A DNA stretch of 53,157 bases from an uncultured Candidatus Saccharibacteria bacterium (lineage in GTDB: Bacteria; Patescibacteriota; Minisyncoccia; UBA6257; GWB1-50-10), in contig CAYXNB010000002.1 of NCBI GenBank assembly GCA_964466475.1, forward strand, positions 1-53,157, in the 5' to 3' direction. The position numbers were made by a program, and so were the translations under genes. Within the stretch, counting starts at the first letter, position 1. Every line of letters begins with the position of its first letter. The notes under the pieces are model-generated. The model was given only the letters and a program-made list of their open reading frames with translations. It was not told where the DNA came from and made no database searches. Shown here piece after piece: positions 7,621-16,609 of this stretch.

Positions 7621-8100
7621 TCAACGAAACGCGGACACGTCTTCTCCCAATTCTGCGAATGGCGCCTCCAAAATAATCCTTCCGGTGACCGCGTCCTGCA
7701 AAACCGCGTATCCCAGATTGTAACTCGAAGTGCTTGTGTAAAACGCGGAAGGATTGTTTGGATCAAAAACAACCTTGGCAAGATGCCTTGGAAAAACACA
7801 GGGCAATAAATCATACCCCGAAACATCGGACGATATCATGGTTGAACTTGAGGGAAAAGATCCCGCCTCGCACAAAAACACCCCCTTATTATCGAACATG
7901 TTCTCGCTAACTGCGCTTAAAAGCAAATTGACATGAACCCTCCGCTCATCGTTCCTGAGTTTTGCGAAACGAACGCCTGGATTCACAAAACCAACAAGCC
8001 CCGCCCCAAGCACCGCAAGAAACGCGAAAACAATTACAATCTCCAACACAGTAAATCCGCCTCCTGCTTCGTTATGCGTTTTTCGCCACCCGTACCTCAT
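7621..8100 (-). CDS. Type IV pilin-like protein (class III signal, E5)
   Basis: MRYGWRKTHNEAGGG/FTVLEIVIVFAFLAVL prepilin cleavage-methylation motif. Confidence 0.8.
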   Translation of the reverse strand: MRYGWRKTHNEAGGGFTVLEIVIVFAFLAVLGAGLVGFVNPGVRFAKLRNDERRVHVNLLLSAVSENMFDNKGVFLCEAGSFPSSSTMISSDVSGYDLLPCVFPRHLAKVVFDPNNPSAFYTSTSSYNLGYAVLQDAVTGRIILEAPFAELGEDVSAFR

Positions 8101-8125
8101 AAATTCATCTTTCGTGCTTTACGCA

Positions 8126-8524
8126 TTAAAAACTCGCCTTCTCCGCGAATGAAATCTGCTCCAAAGTATATCCGTGGACAACTAATTCCAAATTCACAAA
8201 CGATCCGCGAGCAGTTGAACTCGCTCGTACGGTAATCGTACTCGTTCCAAACGCAATAGGCAAAATTTCACAAGGCACGCCCCCCGCCGAAAACGTCTCC
8301 TCACCGGAATACGTGCCGGCGGCCAAACGCAAAAGCGCGTGCCGAAGACACCCTTCCGCCGCGTGAAAAGCAGTCCGCTTCGCCTCAAAGCCCGCGGTAT
8401 CCGCATATCCGGAAAAACCACTCTGCCCGATAAGCACTACGGCCCCCAAAAGAAAGGCCAGTACGATGATCGCGCTCGTAATGGCGACAAATCCTCCTTT
8501 GGATGTATCGTATATCATCTTCAT
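8126..8524 (-). CDS. Minor pilin-like protein lacking E5 (PilX/GspK-like)
   Basis: MKMIYDTSKGG/FVAITSAIIVLAFLL. Start moved to abut the upstream gene's end at 8526. Confidence 0.6.
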   Translation of the reverse strand: MKMIYDTSKGGFVAITSAIIVLAFLLGAVVLIGQSGFSGYADTAGFEAKRTAFHAAEGCLRHALLRLAAGTYSGEETFSAGGVPCEILPIAFGTSTITVRASSTARGSFVNLELVVHGYTLEQISFAEKASF

Positions 8525-8525
8525 A

Positions 8526-9053
8526 TTAAAACTTTGGCAAGCGAAATGTGCGCACAATAGTTGAAGAAATCGAGACGCGAGAAGGGTCCTGTAACGTCAG
8601 CAGAAATTCCAGGGTGGAAGACGCCTCGGAATGGGAAATATGGGTCGCGCGAAAATTTGCGGCACGCGCCCGATCGTTTGTAAGTGGTGTTGGAGTCCCG
8701 CTTGCGAACGAAAGGAGAATTTCCCCGCCAAAAAACGTGAATGCCGCCGGACTCGTGCTCGCCTGGCTTGTCCGCAGCCGAAACTCGGTGAAAGAAGTTT
8801 CCCCGGGAGCCGGCGACTCAATGGCTTCTGCCTGGGCAAAAATCCAATGTATCCGCTCCCCCACAAGCTCATGGTTCGCGAGAATCTCGTGCCGCAGAGA
8901 AAGTTCGCGGTTCGAAGTAAGAACATTGTGCACCACCAAAAACGCCGACCCCAAAAACAAGGAAAGAATCGCGGAATACAAGAGCACCTCTAATAAGGTA
9001 AATCCATCACCATGCTCTTCACGTTTTTTCATGTTTCGTATTCCGTATCTCAT
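8526..9053 (-). CDS. Minor pilin-like protein
   Basis: EEHGDG/FTLLEVLLYSAILSLFL prepilin motif. Confidence 0.75.
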   Translation of the reverse strand: MRYGIRNMKKREEHGDGFTLLEVLLYSAILSLFLGSAFLVVHNVLTSNRELSLRHEILANHELVGERIHWIFAQAEAIESPAPGETSFTEFRLRTSQASTSPAAFTFFGGEILLSFASGTPTPLTNDRARAANFRATHISHSEASSTLEFLLTLQDPSRVSISSTIVRTFRLPKF

Positions 9054-9064
9054 AATTCAACGAA

Positions 9065-10522
9065 CTAATTTCCGGGTCCGATAACACGAAGCGCGTCATT
9101 GCTCCGCACGACCGCGTATACCCGATTATCCTCAAAATCAACTCCCGCCGCATCCTGCGGATAATTGAATGAACTGATCTGAGAGATAGATTCAGGGTCC
9201 CCAACGTCAAGCACGAGAAGTTCAGCAGTAGAAAGCGAAGTGGCGAGAAAGACGTATCTGCCGATCGCAACAATGTCATTCACGCTTCCGGAAACCAGAT
9301 AAGATCCGTACGGCGTAATAGCGGAACTCGAAGCCGCGTTTAACACAAAAAGCCGCGCGCTTGTCCCGAAAAATATCTTGGTGGGACCAACCGCGTACAC
9401 GCTCCTGCCGGCCCCGGAATCGCTCTCTCCCTGCAAAGAAAACGACCCCGAAAGAACGGGAGATGCGGGGTTCGAAACGTCAAAAACCATAAACTCTTCC
9501 CCCGCCTTTTTTGTGGCAAGATATGCGCGCGGACCCAAAACGTGCACATCGCCAACCTCGGCTCCGATATCTACGCTCCCCAAAACAAGAGGATTCGAAG
9601 GCGACGAAACGTCAATAATAACAAATTCGTCAATGGCACCCCCTGCCCTGCGTCCCACATACGCAAGCGTTCCGGAAAGAAAAACGGAAACCGCGTCCTC
9701 AGCACCGGAAAAATTCAGAGACCCGGCCTCCGAAATGCCGGAAGGGTTGGAAACATCGAGAACAATAAACTCTTTCGAGTTCGAGGGGGAAGCAACATAC
9801 GCGTATGTAGAGGTAACCGCGAGCGAATTCAAAGAGTCGCCGGTATTAAACTCTCCGATTTGCGAAGGATTGACGGGATCGCTAACGTCAAAAACTGTAA
9901 ACGAGGCGCTGTTGCCCGCGCGCGTTGTCGTGATATACGCCCGGTCATTAAAAAGAGCAATGTCCGTTCCCTGCCGACCCGAAGGAGATACGTCTTCGGA
10001 ACTTATGGTCTCGGGGTGCAGCCAATCTCCGGAAAGGCCGGAATCCTCGCCTCCCCCGGGAGCGCCGCCGGACTCCACAGCATCCTTCCATCGGCTTACG
10101 ATGGTGGGGATCTGAACAAAAAGCGCGCGCTCCGAATCCGCCTGCCAAAGAACCCGCACCAAAATTTCTTTCCGAAAATCATCAAGATCCGTAATCACAA
10201 CACTTCGTATAAATCCGCTCTCTTCATCCGGCAAAGATTGAAACGCCCACGAGCTTGTTGAAACAATAAGTCCGTACGTGCCCGCGATAGCGCCCTCCCA
10301 GTCTAAAAAAACAAGCGTCGCAGCAGCGGCTGCGCCCTCTTCCGCGAGCGCCTGCGCACGGATGGTATGAACGCGATCCTGGTACACGCTCGCTCCCCCG
10401 ACAACAAAAAAAACACCAAAACTGATTCCCAACGCAAGAAGCGCGATCCCCACAAGCGCTTCCGCGAGGGCCTGACCGGACTCACCCGATATATGTTCAC
10501 CAAAAAACCGCTCCATAGGCAT
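9065..10522 (-). CDS. Pilin-like N-terminus fused to an LVIVD-repeat beta-propeller (candidate pilus tip adhesin)
   Basis: SG/QALAEALVGIALLAL (E at +5), followed by at least 6 repeats of the type FTVFDVSDPVNPSQIG, FIVLDVSNPSG, FVIIDVSSPSNP, FMVFDVSNPASP and LLVLDVGDPES. Confidence 0.75.
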   Translation of the reverse strand: MPMERFFGEHISGESGQALAEALVGIALLALGISFGVFFVVGGASVYQDRVHTIRAQALAEEGAAAAATLVFLDWEGAIAGTYGLIVSTSSWAFQSLPDEESGFIRSVVITDLDDFRKEILVRVLWQADSERALFVQIPTIVSRWKDAVESGGAPGGGEDSGLSGDWLHPETISSEDVSPSGRQGTDIALFNDRAYITTTRAGNSASFTVFDVSDPVNPSQIGEFNTGDSLNSLAVTSTYAYVASPSNSKEFIVLDVSNPSGISEAGSLNFSGAEDAVSVFLSGTLAYVGRRAGGAIDEFVIIDVSSPSNPLVLGSVDIGAEVGDVHVLGPRAYLATKKAGEEFMVFDVSNPASPVLSGSFSLQGESDSGAGRSVYAVGPTKIFFGTSARLFVLNAASSSAITPYGSYLVSGSVNDIVAIGRYVFLATSLSTAELLVLDVGDPESISQISSFNYPQDAAGVDFEDNRVYAVVRSNDALRVIGPGN

Positions 10523-10940
10523 TCACGCTTACGCTGTCAACCTGCTCATTGCCGCGAAAAATAACCCACCCCGCCGCCCCCAAAGGCAGTCCGGAAACAG
10601 GAGAAAATACGATCTCGGAAGGGCCGGAAAAAGACAGAAGCGAAGATCGATCATGCGTTTCATCGTACCGCACATCCCGCCCTGCATAAGAACTGCCGCG
10701 AAACACCACGAACGAATCAGGTTGTATGGAAACTCCATGCGCGCGCCCCCCGACGTTCGCAAATGAAAGCCGCTCCGCCTTTCGCAAAAGATCCACGAAG
10801 CGCTTACCTTCGGAACGCAGAGAAAAATCCGCGTACGCATTTGAAAGCAATGGCCCGCCAACACCAAAAAGCACGGCAAGAAGAGCAGTCGCAAGTACCG
10901 CCTCTATGAGCGTAAACCCGGTCCGTGATTCGTAATTCAT
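10497..10940 (-). CDS. Minor pilin-like protein (GspH/FimT-like)
   Basis: MNYESRTG/FTLIEAVLATALLAVL. Start moved to the internal ATG at 10940. Confidence 0.7.
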   Translation of the reverse strand: MNYESRTGFTLIEAVLATALLAVLFGVGGPLLSNAYADFSLRSEGKRFVDLLRKAERLSFANVGGRAHGVSIQPDSFVVFRGSSYAGRDVRYDETHDRSSLLSFSGPSEIVFSPVSGLPLGAAGWVIFRGNEQVDSVSVNAYGAVFW

Positions 10941-10962
10941 GCTTCGTAATTCGAAGTTGCCG

Positions 10963-12012
10963 CTAAAAACTTGGCGTGGAAATTTTATAAATCGGCAAAA
11001 TAATGGAAATCGCGACAAATCCGACCAAAAGCCCCATGGTAAGAAGGAGGAACGGCTCCAGAACCGAAGTAAGATTTTTTACGTTGTCATCAACTTCTCG
11101 CTCATAAAATTGGGCAAGATATAAAAGGTTTTCCTCCAAATGTCCGGTGGTCTCTCCCACTCGAATCAAATTAATGACCATGGGAGGAAAACGCCGTTTC
11201 CGCCGCCGCATATATTCCGCGATCTGCTCCCCCTTGCGCACATACTGGGCTGCGGCAAGAATTTCGCGTTCATAACACATATTGCGCAGACCGCCTGCGG
11301 CAATGGTAAGCGCATCAATGATATTCACTCCGCTTCGCAACAAAAGCCCGAGCGAACGCGTAAAATCAACCATGGTAACTCCCAAAGAAACCTTGGAAAG
11401 AACGGGAACATGAAGTAAAAGAAGGTGGGAAAAAAAACGCACCCGTCTCACGCGCAAAAGAAGGTGTAAAAAAACAATGAAAAGAAAGACGCCGCCTGCG
11501 GCATACGCGCCATACTCCGAAGCAAAATTCACCAACGCGATGAGGAAACGCGTCGTCGCGGGCAACTCCACCTGGAGATCGCTCAAAACGGGCAGAATCT
11601 TCGGTAAAACGAAAAACACGAGAAAGAGAGTGATACCGACCGTGGCGAATAAAATAATGACGGGATAAACCAGGGCCGCCTTCACTTTCGAATGAAGTTC
11701 TTTTTTCTTTTCCAACTCCTCCGCGAGATGAAGTAAGCTTTCGGAAAGATTGCCGCTCTTTTCCCCGATCTCAACAACGCTGACAAAAAAGGATCCGAAA
11801 AGACGCGCGTGCCTGCGAAGGCCCTCGGAAAGAAATTTGCCGTTTTGAATATCATCGATAAGTTCTCTGATAATGGAGCGGAAAAAACGTGACTGCGCCT
11901 GCTCCTCGATAAGACGCAGACCGTCCACAAGCGCGAGCCCCGTCTGAATCGTCAAGTGGAGATGTCTCGCAAAATTGATCCGTTCCTGCAACGATATGGA
12001 AGAAAAAAACAT
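10963..12012 (-). CDS. pilC: Type IV pilus platform protein PilC (GspF family)
   Basis: Two GspF-like repeats with 3 TM segments and the typical ending PLLLLTMGLLVGFVAISIILPIY. Start set after the pilB stop. Confidence 0.85.
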   Translation of the reverse strand: MFFSSISLQERINFARHLHLTIQTGLALVDGLRLIEEQAQSRFFRSIIRELIDDIQNGKFLSEGLRRHARLFGSFFVSVVEIGEKSGNLSESLLHLAEELEKKKELHSKVKAALVYPVIILFATVGITLFLVFFVLPKILPVLSDLQVELPATTRFLIALVNFASEYGAYAAGGVFLFIVFLHLLLRVRRVRFFSHLLLLHVPVLSKVSLGVTMVDFTRSLGLLLRSGVNIIDALTIAAGGLRNMCYEREILAAAQYVRKGEQIAEYMRRRKRRFPPMVINLIRVGETTGHLEENLLYLAQFYEREVDDNVKNLTSVLEPFLLLTMGLLVGFVAISIILPIYKISTPSF

Positions 12013-12019
12013 AATATAG

Positions 12020-13279
12020 TTATTCCTGCGAAACCCGGAGGACTTCCTCGATGGTAGTAATTCCCTGAAGCGCCTTTTGAAACCCGTCCTCAAGCATGGT
12101 CTGCATTCCCGCCCGCCGCGCGGCCTGCTTTAGCTGGTCGGCATTGCCGTGCTGCATGATAAGCTGGCGTATGGCCTCGTCCACCTCAAGCACCTCGTGA
12201 ATCCCGATCCTCCCCTTGTATCCCGACTGCCCGCACGCCGCACATCCTGCGCCAACGTAAAACACCTTCCGTCCCTGCAGCACGTCTTCGGAAACCAAAT
12301 TTTTCAAAGTCGCATACTCATCTTCGGTAAGCTGTTTCTCCTTGCGGCAATCCAGGCAAATGCGCCGCACAAGTCGCTGATTAACCGCAACATTGACCGT
12401 CGAAGCAATGAGGAAAGGAGGGACGCCCATATCCAAAAGGCGGGGCAGGGTAGTTGCCGCATCGTTCGTGTGCAGAGTCGACAAAAGCAAATGCCCGGTC
12501 ATTGCCGCGTTTACGGCGATATTCGCGGTCTCGTTATCACGGATTTCTCCAACCATAATGACGTTGGGATCCTGACGTAAAATAAAACGAAGGCCCTCGG
12601 CAAAAGTAAGGTTCGTCTGTTTGTGCACCTGGATCTGATCAATGCCCGCGATCGAATATTCTATTGGATCCTCGATGGTGATCACGGAAACCTCTGGCCG
12701 GTTCAGTTCCCGGAGCACGGCGTAAAGCGTAGTCGTCTTCCCCGCACCCGTAGGCCCGGTAACCAGGATCATGCCGAACGGCCGGTGAATCGCCTTTCGG
12801 ATTTTGGCAAGGTTGCTTTCTGAAAATCCGATAGTGTCAAGAGTGAACCCAACTGCCTGATCGGCAAGAATACGCATCACGCAGTTTTCGCCATAATAAG
12901 TGGGCGCGATAGAAACGCGGATATCTACGTCTCCCCGCTTGCCGATATGCAAACGAAACCGCCCGTCCTGCGCCGCCTGATGCTCGTCCGTGCGAAGCCC
13001 GGAAATAACCTTGATGCGCGTAATAATTTCTGAGTGAATTTCTTTGGGAAAGGAAAAGGCCTCCTGCATCACCCCGTCCACGCGAAACCGCACACGAATC
13101 TTGTCTGGGTCCGGATCAATGTGAATATCGGAAGCCCGCATCAAATACGCGTATTCAACCAAGGCGTCCAAAATCCGAATGATGGAAAGTTCCTCGGTGT
13201 TTTCAAGCGCTTCCGCAATAAAAATCCGCAACTCCTCCGTCCTTTCCCGATCCTCTTTTATTATTTGTGTTTCGTCCAT
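12020..13279 (-). CDS. pilB: Type IV pilus assembly ATPase PilB (GspE family)
   Basis: Walker A VTGPTGAGKTTTLYA, Asp/His boxes and the tetracysteine motif CLDC...CAAC. Confidence 0.9.
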   Translation of the reverse strand: MDETQIIKEDRERTEELRIFIAEALENTEELSIIRILDALVEYAYLMRASDIHIDPDPDKIRVRFRVDGVMQEAFSFPKEIHSEIITRIKVISGLRTDEHQAAQDGRFRLHIGKRGDVDIRVSIAPTYYGENCVMRILADQAVGFTLDTIGFSESNLAKIRKAIHRPFGMILVTGPTGAGKTTTLYAVLRELNRPEVSVITIEDPIEYSIAGIDQIQVHKQTNLTFAEGLRFILRQDPNVIMVGEIRDNETANIAVNAAMTGHLLLSTLHTNDAATTLPRLLDMGVPPFLIASTVNVAVNQRLVRRICLDCRKEKQLTEDEYATLKNLVSEDVLQGRKVFYVGAGCAACGQSGYKGRIGIHEVLEVDEAIRQLIMQHGNADQLKQAARRAGMQTMLEDGFQKALQGITTIEEVLRVSQE

Positions 13280-13291
13280 GACAGCGACCGA

Positions 13292-14548
13292 CTACACCTC
13301 AAAATACCCCTTAAGCAAATGCTCCTGCGAATACCGCGCCAACTCCTCCCGCCCGAAATACTCCATAAAAATCTTGTTCCAAAGCGCCTCATGCTGATGG
13401 TAAGTAAACTTCACGCGCTCCGCCTTTTTAACCAAACTGAATCCAACGTCAACAAGATCAAAACTGAGTAATATATCATTCCCGTCCTCGTCGCGAAAAT
13501 AATCCGCGGCAAAACCGAGATCCCGCCAAAACGCGAGCCCGTCCGCGCGATGATCCATCTTCTTCTCCACCTCTATCAGATTCTCCTCCGCCCGCAACCA
13601 GTGAATCGCCTCCGGATTGATGTGCGGTTGAAACAAGCGCCACTCATTCGGATCGTCTTTCCACAAATATCGCTGAACCACGAGCCAAAGGGATTTCTCC
13701 GACTCCGGCGGACGCTCCTCGATCACGTCTCCGCGCAAAAGCGAGGTCAAGTTCGCGGAAAATGTTTTCGGATCCGCGGAGATCCGCCGGAACATGTCCG
13801 AATAATACGGCACTTCGGAAAGATAATGAAAAATCAAACTCGTCATGCGCAGTATCTCGCCCGAAATCCCGAAGGTCGCGGGAATAACGAATACCACCCC
13901 CATCTCCTTCAAATGCGAAATATTATGCAGTTTATGAGTCAAAAAATGCTCCGCGGCCTTCACCCACTTTTGATCCAAAACCCGCAAACGGATCTCCCGC
14001 TCCTCAAAATCATCGGGTGTTAAAGACTCATACTGCTTAAAAAATACGCCGTTCATCCACTCCATGTCTTCAACAAACCTGAGGGCGCTGTATACCTCAA
14101 GCAAATCCTCTTTCTCGAGCATTTCCTTGGCCGTAGAATACCCCAAATATTCCAAAACCTTTTTTGGCGGCTCGGTCTCCAAAAATTCCCGCGCCTTTTC
14201 TTCTTTCAAAAAAAATCCCTTTGAAACGCCCGCAACCTCGCCTATCGTCCCAAGTACGCGCTCCAGATCCCCGGCCCGCGAAGCGTCGGGATTCCCGAAC
14301 GCCTTCAAAAGATAGGCCTCGTCCTCCTCCACCCGCGCAACGAGGGCGGAAAATATCTCACGGGGACGGGCGGAGGGCGAAACCCCGAGCCGGCCCAGGG
14401 ACGCGGAAATCACACGCTCATTTTCCGTGACAATGGACTCCATGACCCCCTTCTTTCCCGTAACTTCCCCCAGGCGCCTCTCGATCTTCAAAATATAATC
14501 CTGATCCGTCCGCAAAATATTAGCCAACTTTCTGTGTGCTTCATTCAT
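13292..14548 (-). CDS. Hypothetical cytoplasmic protein at the head of the pilus operon
   Basis: A 418-aa ORF with a coding-like composition, 13 nt upstream of pilB. I recognise no motif. Confidence 0.6.
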   Translation of the reverse strand: MNEAHRKLANILRTDQDYILKIERRLGEVTGKKGVMESIVTENERVISASLGRLGVSPSARPREIFSALVARVEEDEAYLLKAFGNPDASRAGDLERVLGTIGEVAGVSKGFFLKEEKAREFLETEPPKKVLEYLGYSTAKEMLEKEDLLEVYSALRFVEDMEWMNGVFFKQYESLTPDDFEEREIRLRVLDQKWVKAAEHFLTHKLHNISHLKEMGVVFVIPATFGISGEILRMTSLIFHYLSEVPYYSDMFRRISADPKTFSANLTSLLRGDVIEERPPESEKSLWLVVQRYLWKDDPNEWRLFQPHINPEAIHWLRAEENLIEVEKKMDHRADGLAFWRDLGFAADYFRDEDGNDILLSFDLVDVGFSLVKKAERVKFTYHQHEALWNKIFMEYFGREELARYSQEHLLKGYFEV

Positions 14549-14586
14549 AATTTCGTGGATTCGGATAATTCGTAGTTTCGGAACGA

Positions 14587-15588
14587 TTACAGCGGTTCTA
14601 CATCCAAATCAAGATACTTCCATCTCTTGTCCGCGAACTGCTTTTTTGTAAGCACTCCGGCCTGTGCCCCGATATCTTCCACCACAGAAGTCGCGTTTGC
14701 GGTCCCGAGCCGCAAGGCGTAGGGAATGTCCCCGCCCTGCAAAAGTCCGGCGACAAATCCGGATCCAAAGGCATCCCCGGCTCCGGTCCTGTCCTTCACC
14801 TCGCCGGAAAAAATGCCCGCGCGATACAGATATCTGCCGTCCGAAACGAGCGACCCCTTCCCCCCCTCTGTCATTACCGCGATCCCGGGCACCACCCCGT
14901 CAAAAGCGCGAAAAATATTTTTTTCCTTGGCGTAATCCTCGCGGGTAAGCTCCGCCGCCTCTTCGCGGTTCATAAACACGATATCGGTTTTCTGAAATAC
15001 GGGTGAAAGTTTCCGCAAACCCAGTTTCAGATGAAACTTCGAGGGCGCGAGAGCAATCTTCGCCCCAGCCCGCTTCCCGTGCTCCACGAGGGAAAGCAGG
15101 AGCGCGAAAGGAAGATGTCCGGAAACAACGTAAAGCCACTTGGCCTTAAGTTTGGAAAACGGAATGTCTTTTTTTGAGATCGCGCTCGAGGCCCCGCGAT
15201 AGGCAAGCACCGTGCGCTCCCCGTCCTTGTTTAAAATAATGGTTGAGTACCCCGTGCCCTCTTTTGTGTCAAAAGAAACAAAAGGAGTAATTCCCGCACC
15301 CTTCACAAAACGCGCGATTCCCTCGCCAAACTCGTCCTTTCCCACCTTAAAACAGGCGCCCGTCCGAAACCCGAAAGAAGCAAAAGTAAAGGCCGCGTTC
15401 AAGGCCCCGCCCCCCAAAGTCATGACGGGCCGCTCAATCTCCATCTTCGCGCCCATGGCAAAGCACTCGGCCTCTTCGGACCGAAAGCCCAATTTTTCAA
15501 GAAAAGTCCGGTCTCGGGTCACCGTAAAGCCCTCGCCCGTAATAAACACGTCGCGGGTCGCCGTCCCCAAAGTAATCACATCCAGCAT
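14587..15588 (-). CDS. PfkB-family carbohydrate kinase
   Basis: C-terminal DRTGAGDAFGSGFVAGL ribokinase/PfkB signature. Confidence 0.85.
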   Translation of the reverse strand: MLDVITLGTATRDVFITGEGFTVTRDRTFLEKLGFRSEEAECFAMGAKMEIERPVMTLGGGALNAAFTFASFGFRTGACFKVGKDEFGEGIARFVKGAGITPFVSFDTKEGTGYSTIILNKDGERTVLAYRGASSAISKKDIPFSKLKAKWLYVVSGHLPFALLLSLVEHGKRAGAKIALAPSKFHLKLGLRKLSPVFQKTDIVFMNREEAAELTREDYAKEKNIFRAFDGVVPGIAVMTEGGKGSLVSDGRYLYRAGIFSGEVKDRTGAGDAFGSGFVAGLLQGGDIPYALRLGTANATSVVEDIGAQAGVLTKKQFADKRWKYLDLDVEPL

Positions 15589-15622
15589 ACACTCCCATTA
15601 TACCCGAAAAACACCCTGCGCG

Positions 15623-16609
15623 CTACCTCCGTTTCAAAACCTTCTTCGTCGCCTTCACGATATCCTTAACCCCCATTCCATACTTTTCCCACAGATCAAA
15701 GGGCGGGCCGGACTCGCCAAAAGTGTCCTGCATGCCGATAAATTCCATGGGAAAGGGTGTAGTTCGGGCAAGAAATTCCGCAACCGCGCTCCCAAGTCCG
15801 CCAAGCACGCTGTGCTCCTCAACAGTCACCACTGCCCCGCACTTTTTCGCCAAAGACAAAATCGTCTTTTCATCCAGGGGCTTAATCGTATGAACATTCA
15901 AAACCGCCACAGGCACGCCTGCCTTTTTTAACTCCAAAGCCGCGCGCAAAGCGTTGTGCAATAACGGCCCGCACCCGATGATTAAAACCTTTGCCGCGGG
16001 AGCGCGAAAAAATATCTCCGCCTTCCCGATGGTAAACGGCGTCTCCTCCGTGGTGATAACCGCGGTCTTCTCGCGCGAAAAACGCAGATACACCGGCCCC
16101 CAAACGCCCGCCGCCTGCTCCACGGCCTTCCTCGCCTCCAGAGCATCGCAAGGGACAACAACCCGCATATTCGCCATAACACGCATGGTGGCAATATCTT
16201 CTATGGCCTGGTGAGTGGCCCCGTCCGGCCCCACGGAAATTCCTGCATGATGCCCCGCGATTTTTACATTTGAATCGTTGTATGAAATCGTCGTCCGTAT
16301 CTGCTCCCAGTTCCTGCCCGGAGAAAACGTGGCGTACGAAGCGATAAAAGGAATTTTTCCCGAAATCCCAAGCCCCGAAGCAATGGTCGCCATGCCCTGC
16401 TCCGCGACCCCGCACTCGAAAAACCTGTCCGGAAACTTTTTCGCGAACTCCTCGGTGCGCGTGGACTCCGTCAAGTCAGCGCATAGCGCGACTACGTTTT
16501 TATTCGCCTCTCCCGCGCGCACCAACCCTTCTCCATATCCGTCCCGAGTAGGCCTCATCTCCGGAGTGTCAGTGAATGCCTTGGTATTCAAATATGCTTT
16601 CTTACTCAT
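15623..16609 (-). CDS. tktB: Transketolase, C-terminal subunit (pyrimidine-binding plus C-terminal domains)
   Basis: FECGVAEQGMATIASGL and related motifs. It overlaps the N-terminal subunit gene by 8 nt. Confidence 0.9.
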   Translation of the reverse strand: MSKKAYLNTKAFTDTPEMRPTRDGYGEGLVRAGEANKNVVALCADLTESTRTEEFAKKFPDRFFECGVAEQGMATIASGLGISGKIPFIASYATFSPGRNWEQIRTTISYNDSNVKIAGHHAGISVGPDGATHQAIEDIATMRVMANMRVVVPCDALEARKAVEQAAGVWGPVYLRFSREKTAVITTEETPFTIGKAEIFFRAPAAKVLIIGCGPLLHNALRAALELKKAGVPVAVLNVHTIKPLDEKTILSLAKKCGAVVTVEEHSVLGGLGSAVAEFLARTTPFPMEFIGMQDTFGESGPPFDLWEKYGMGVKDIVKATKKVLKRR

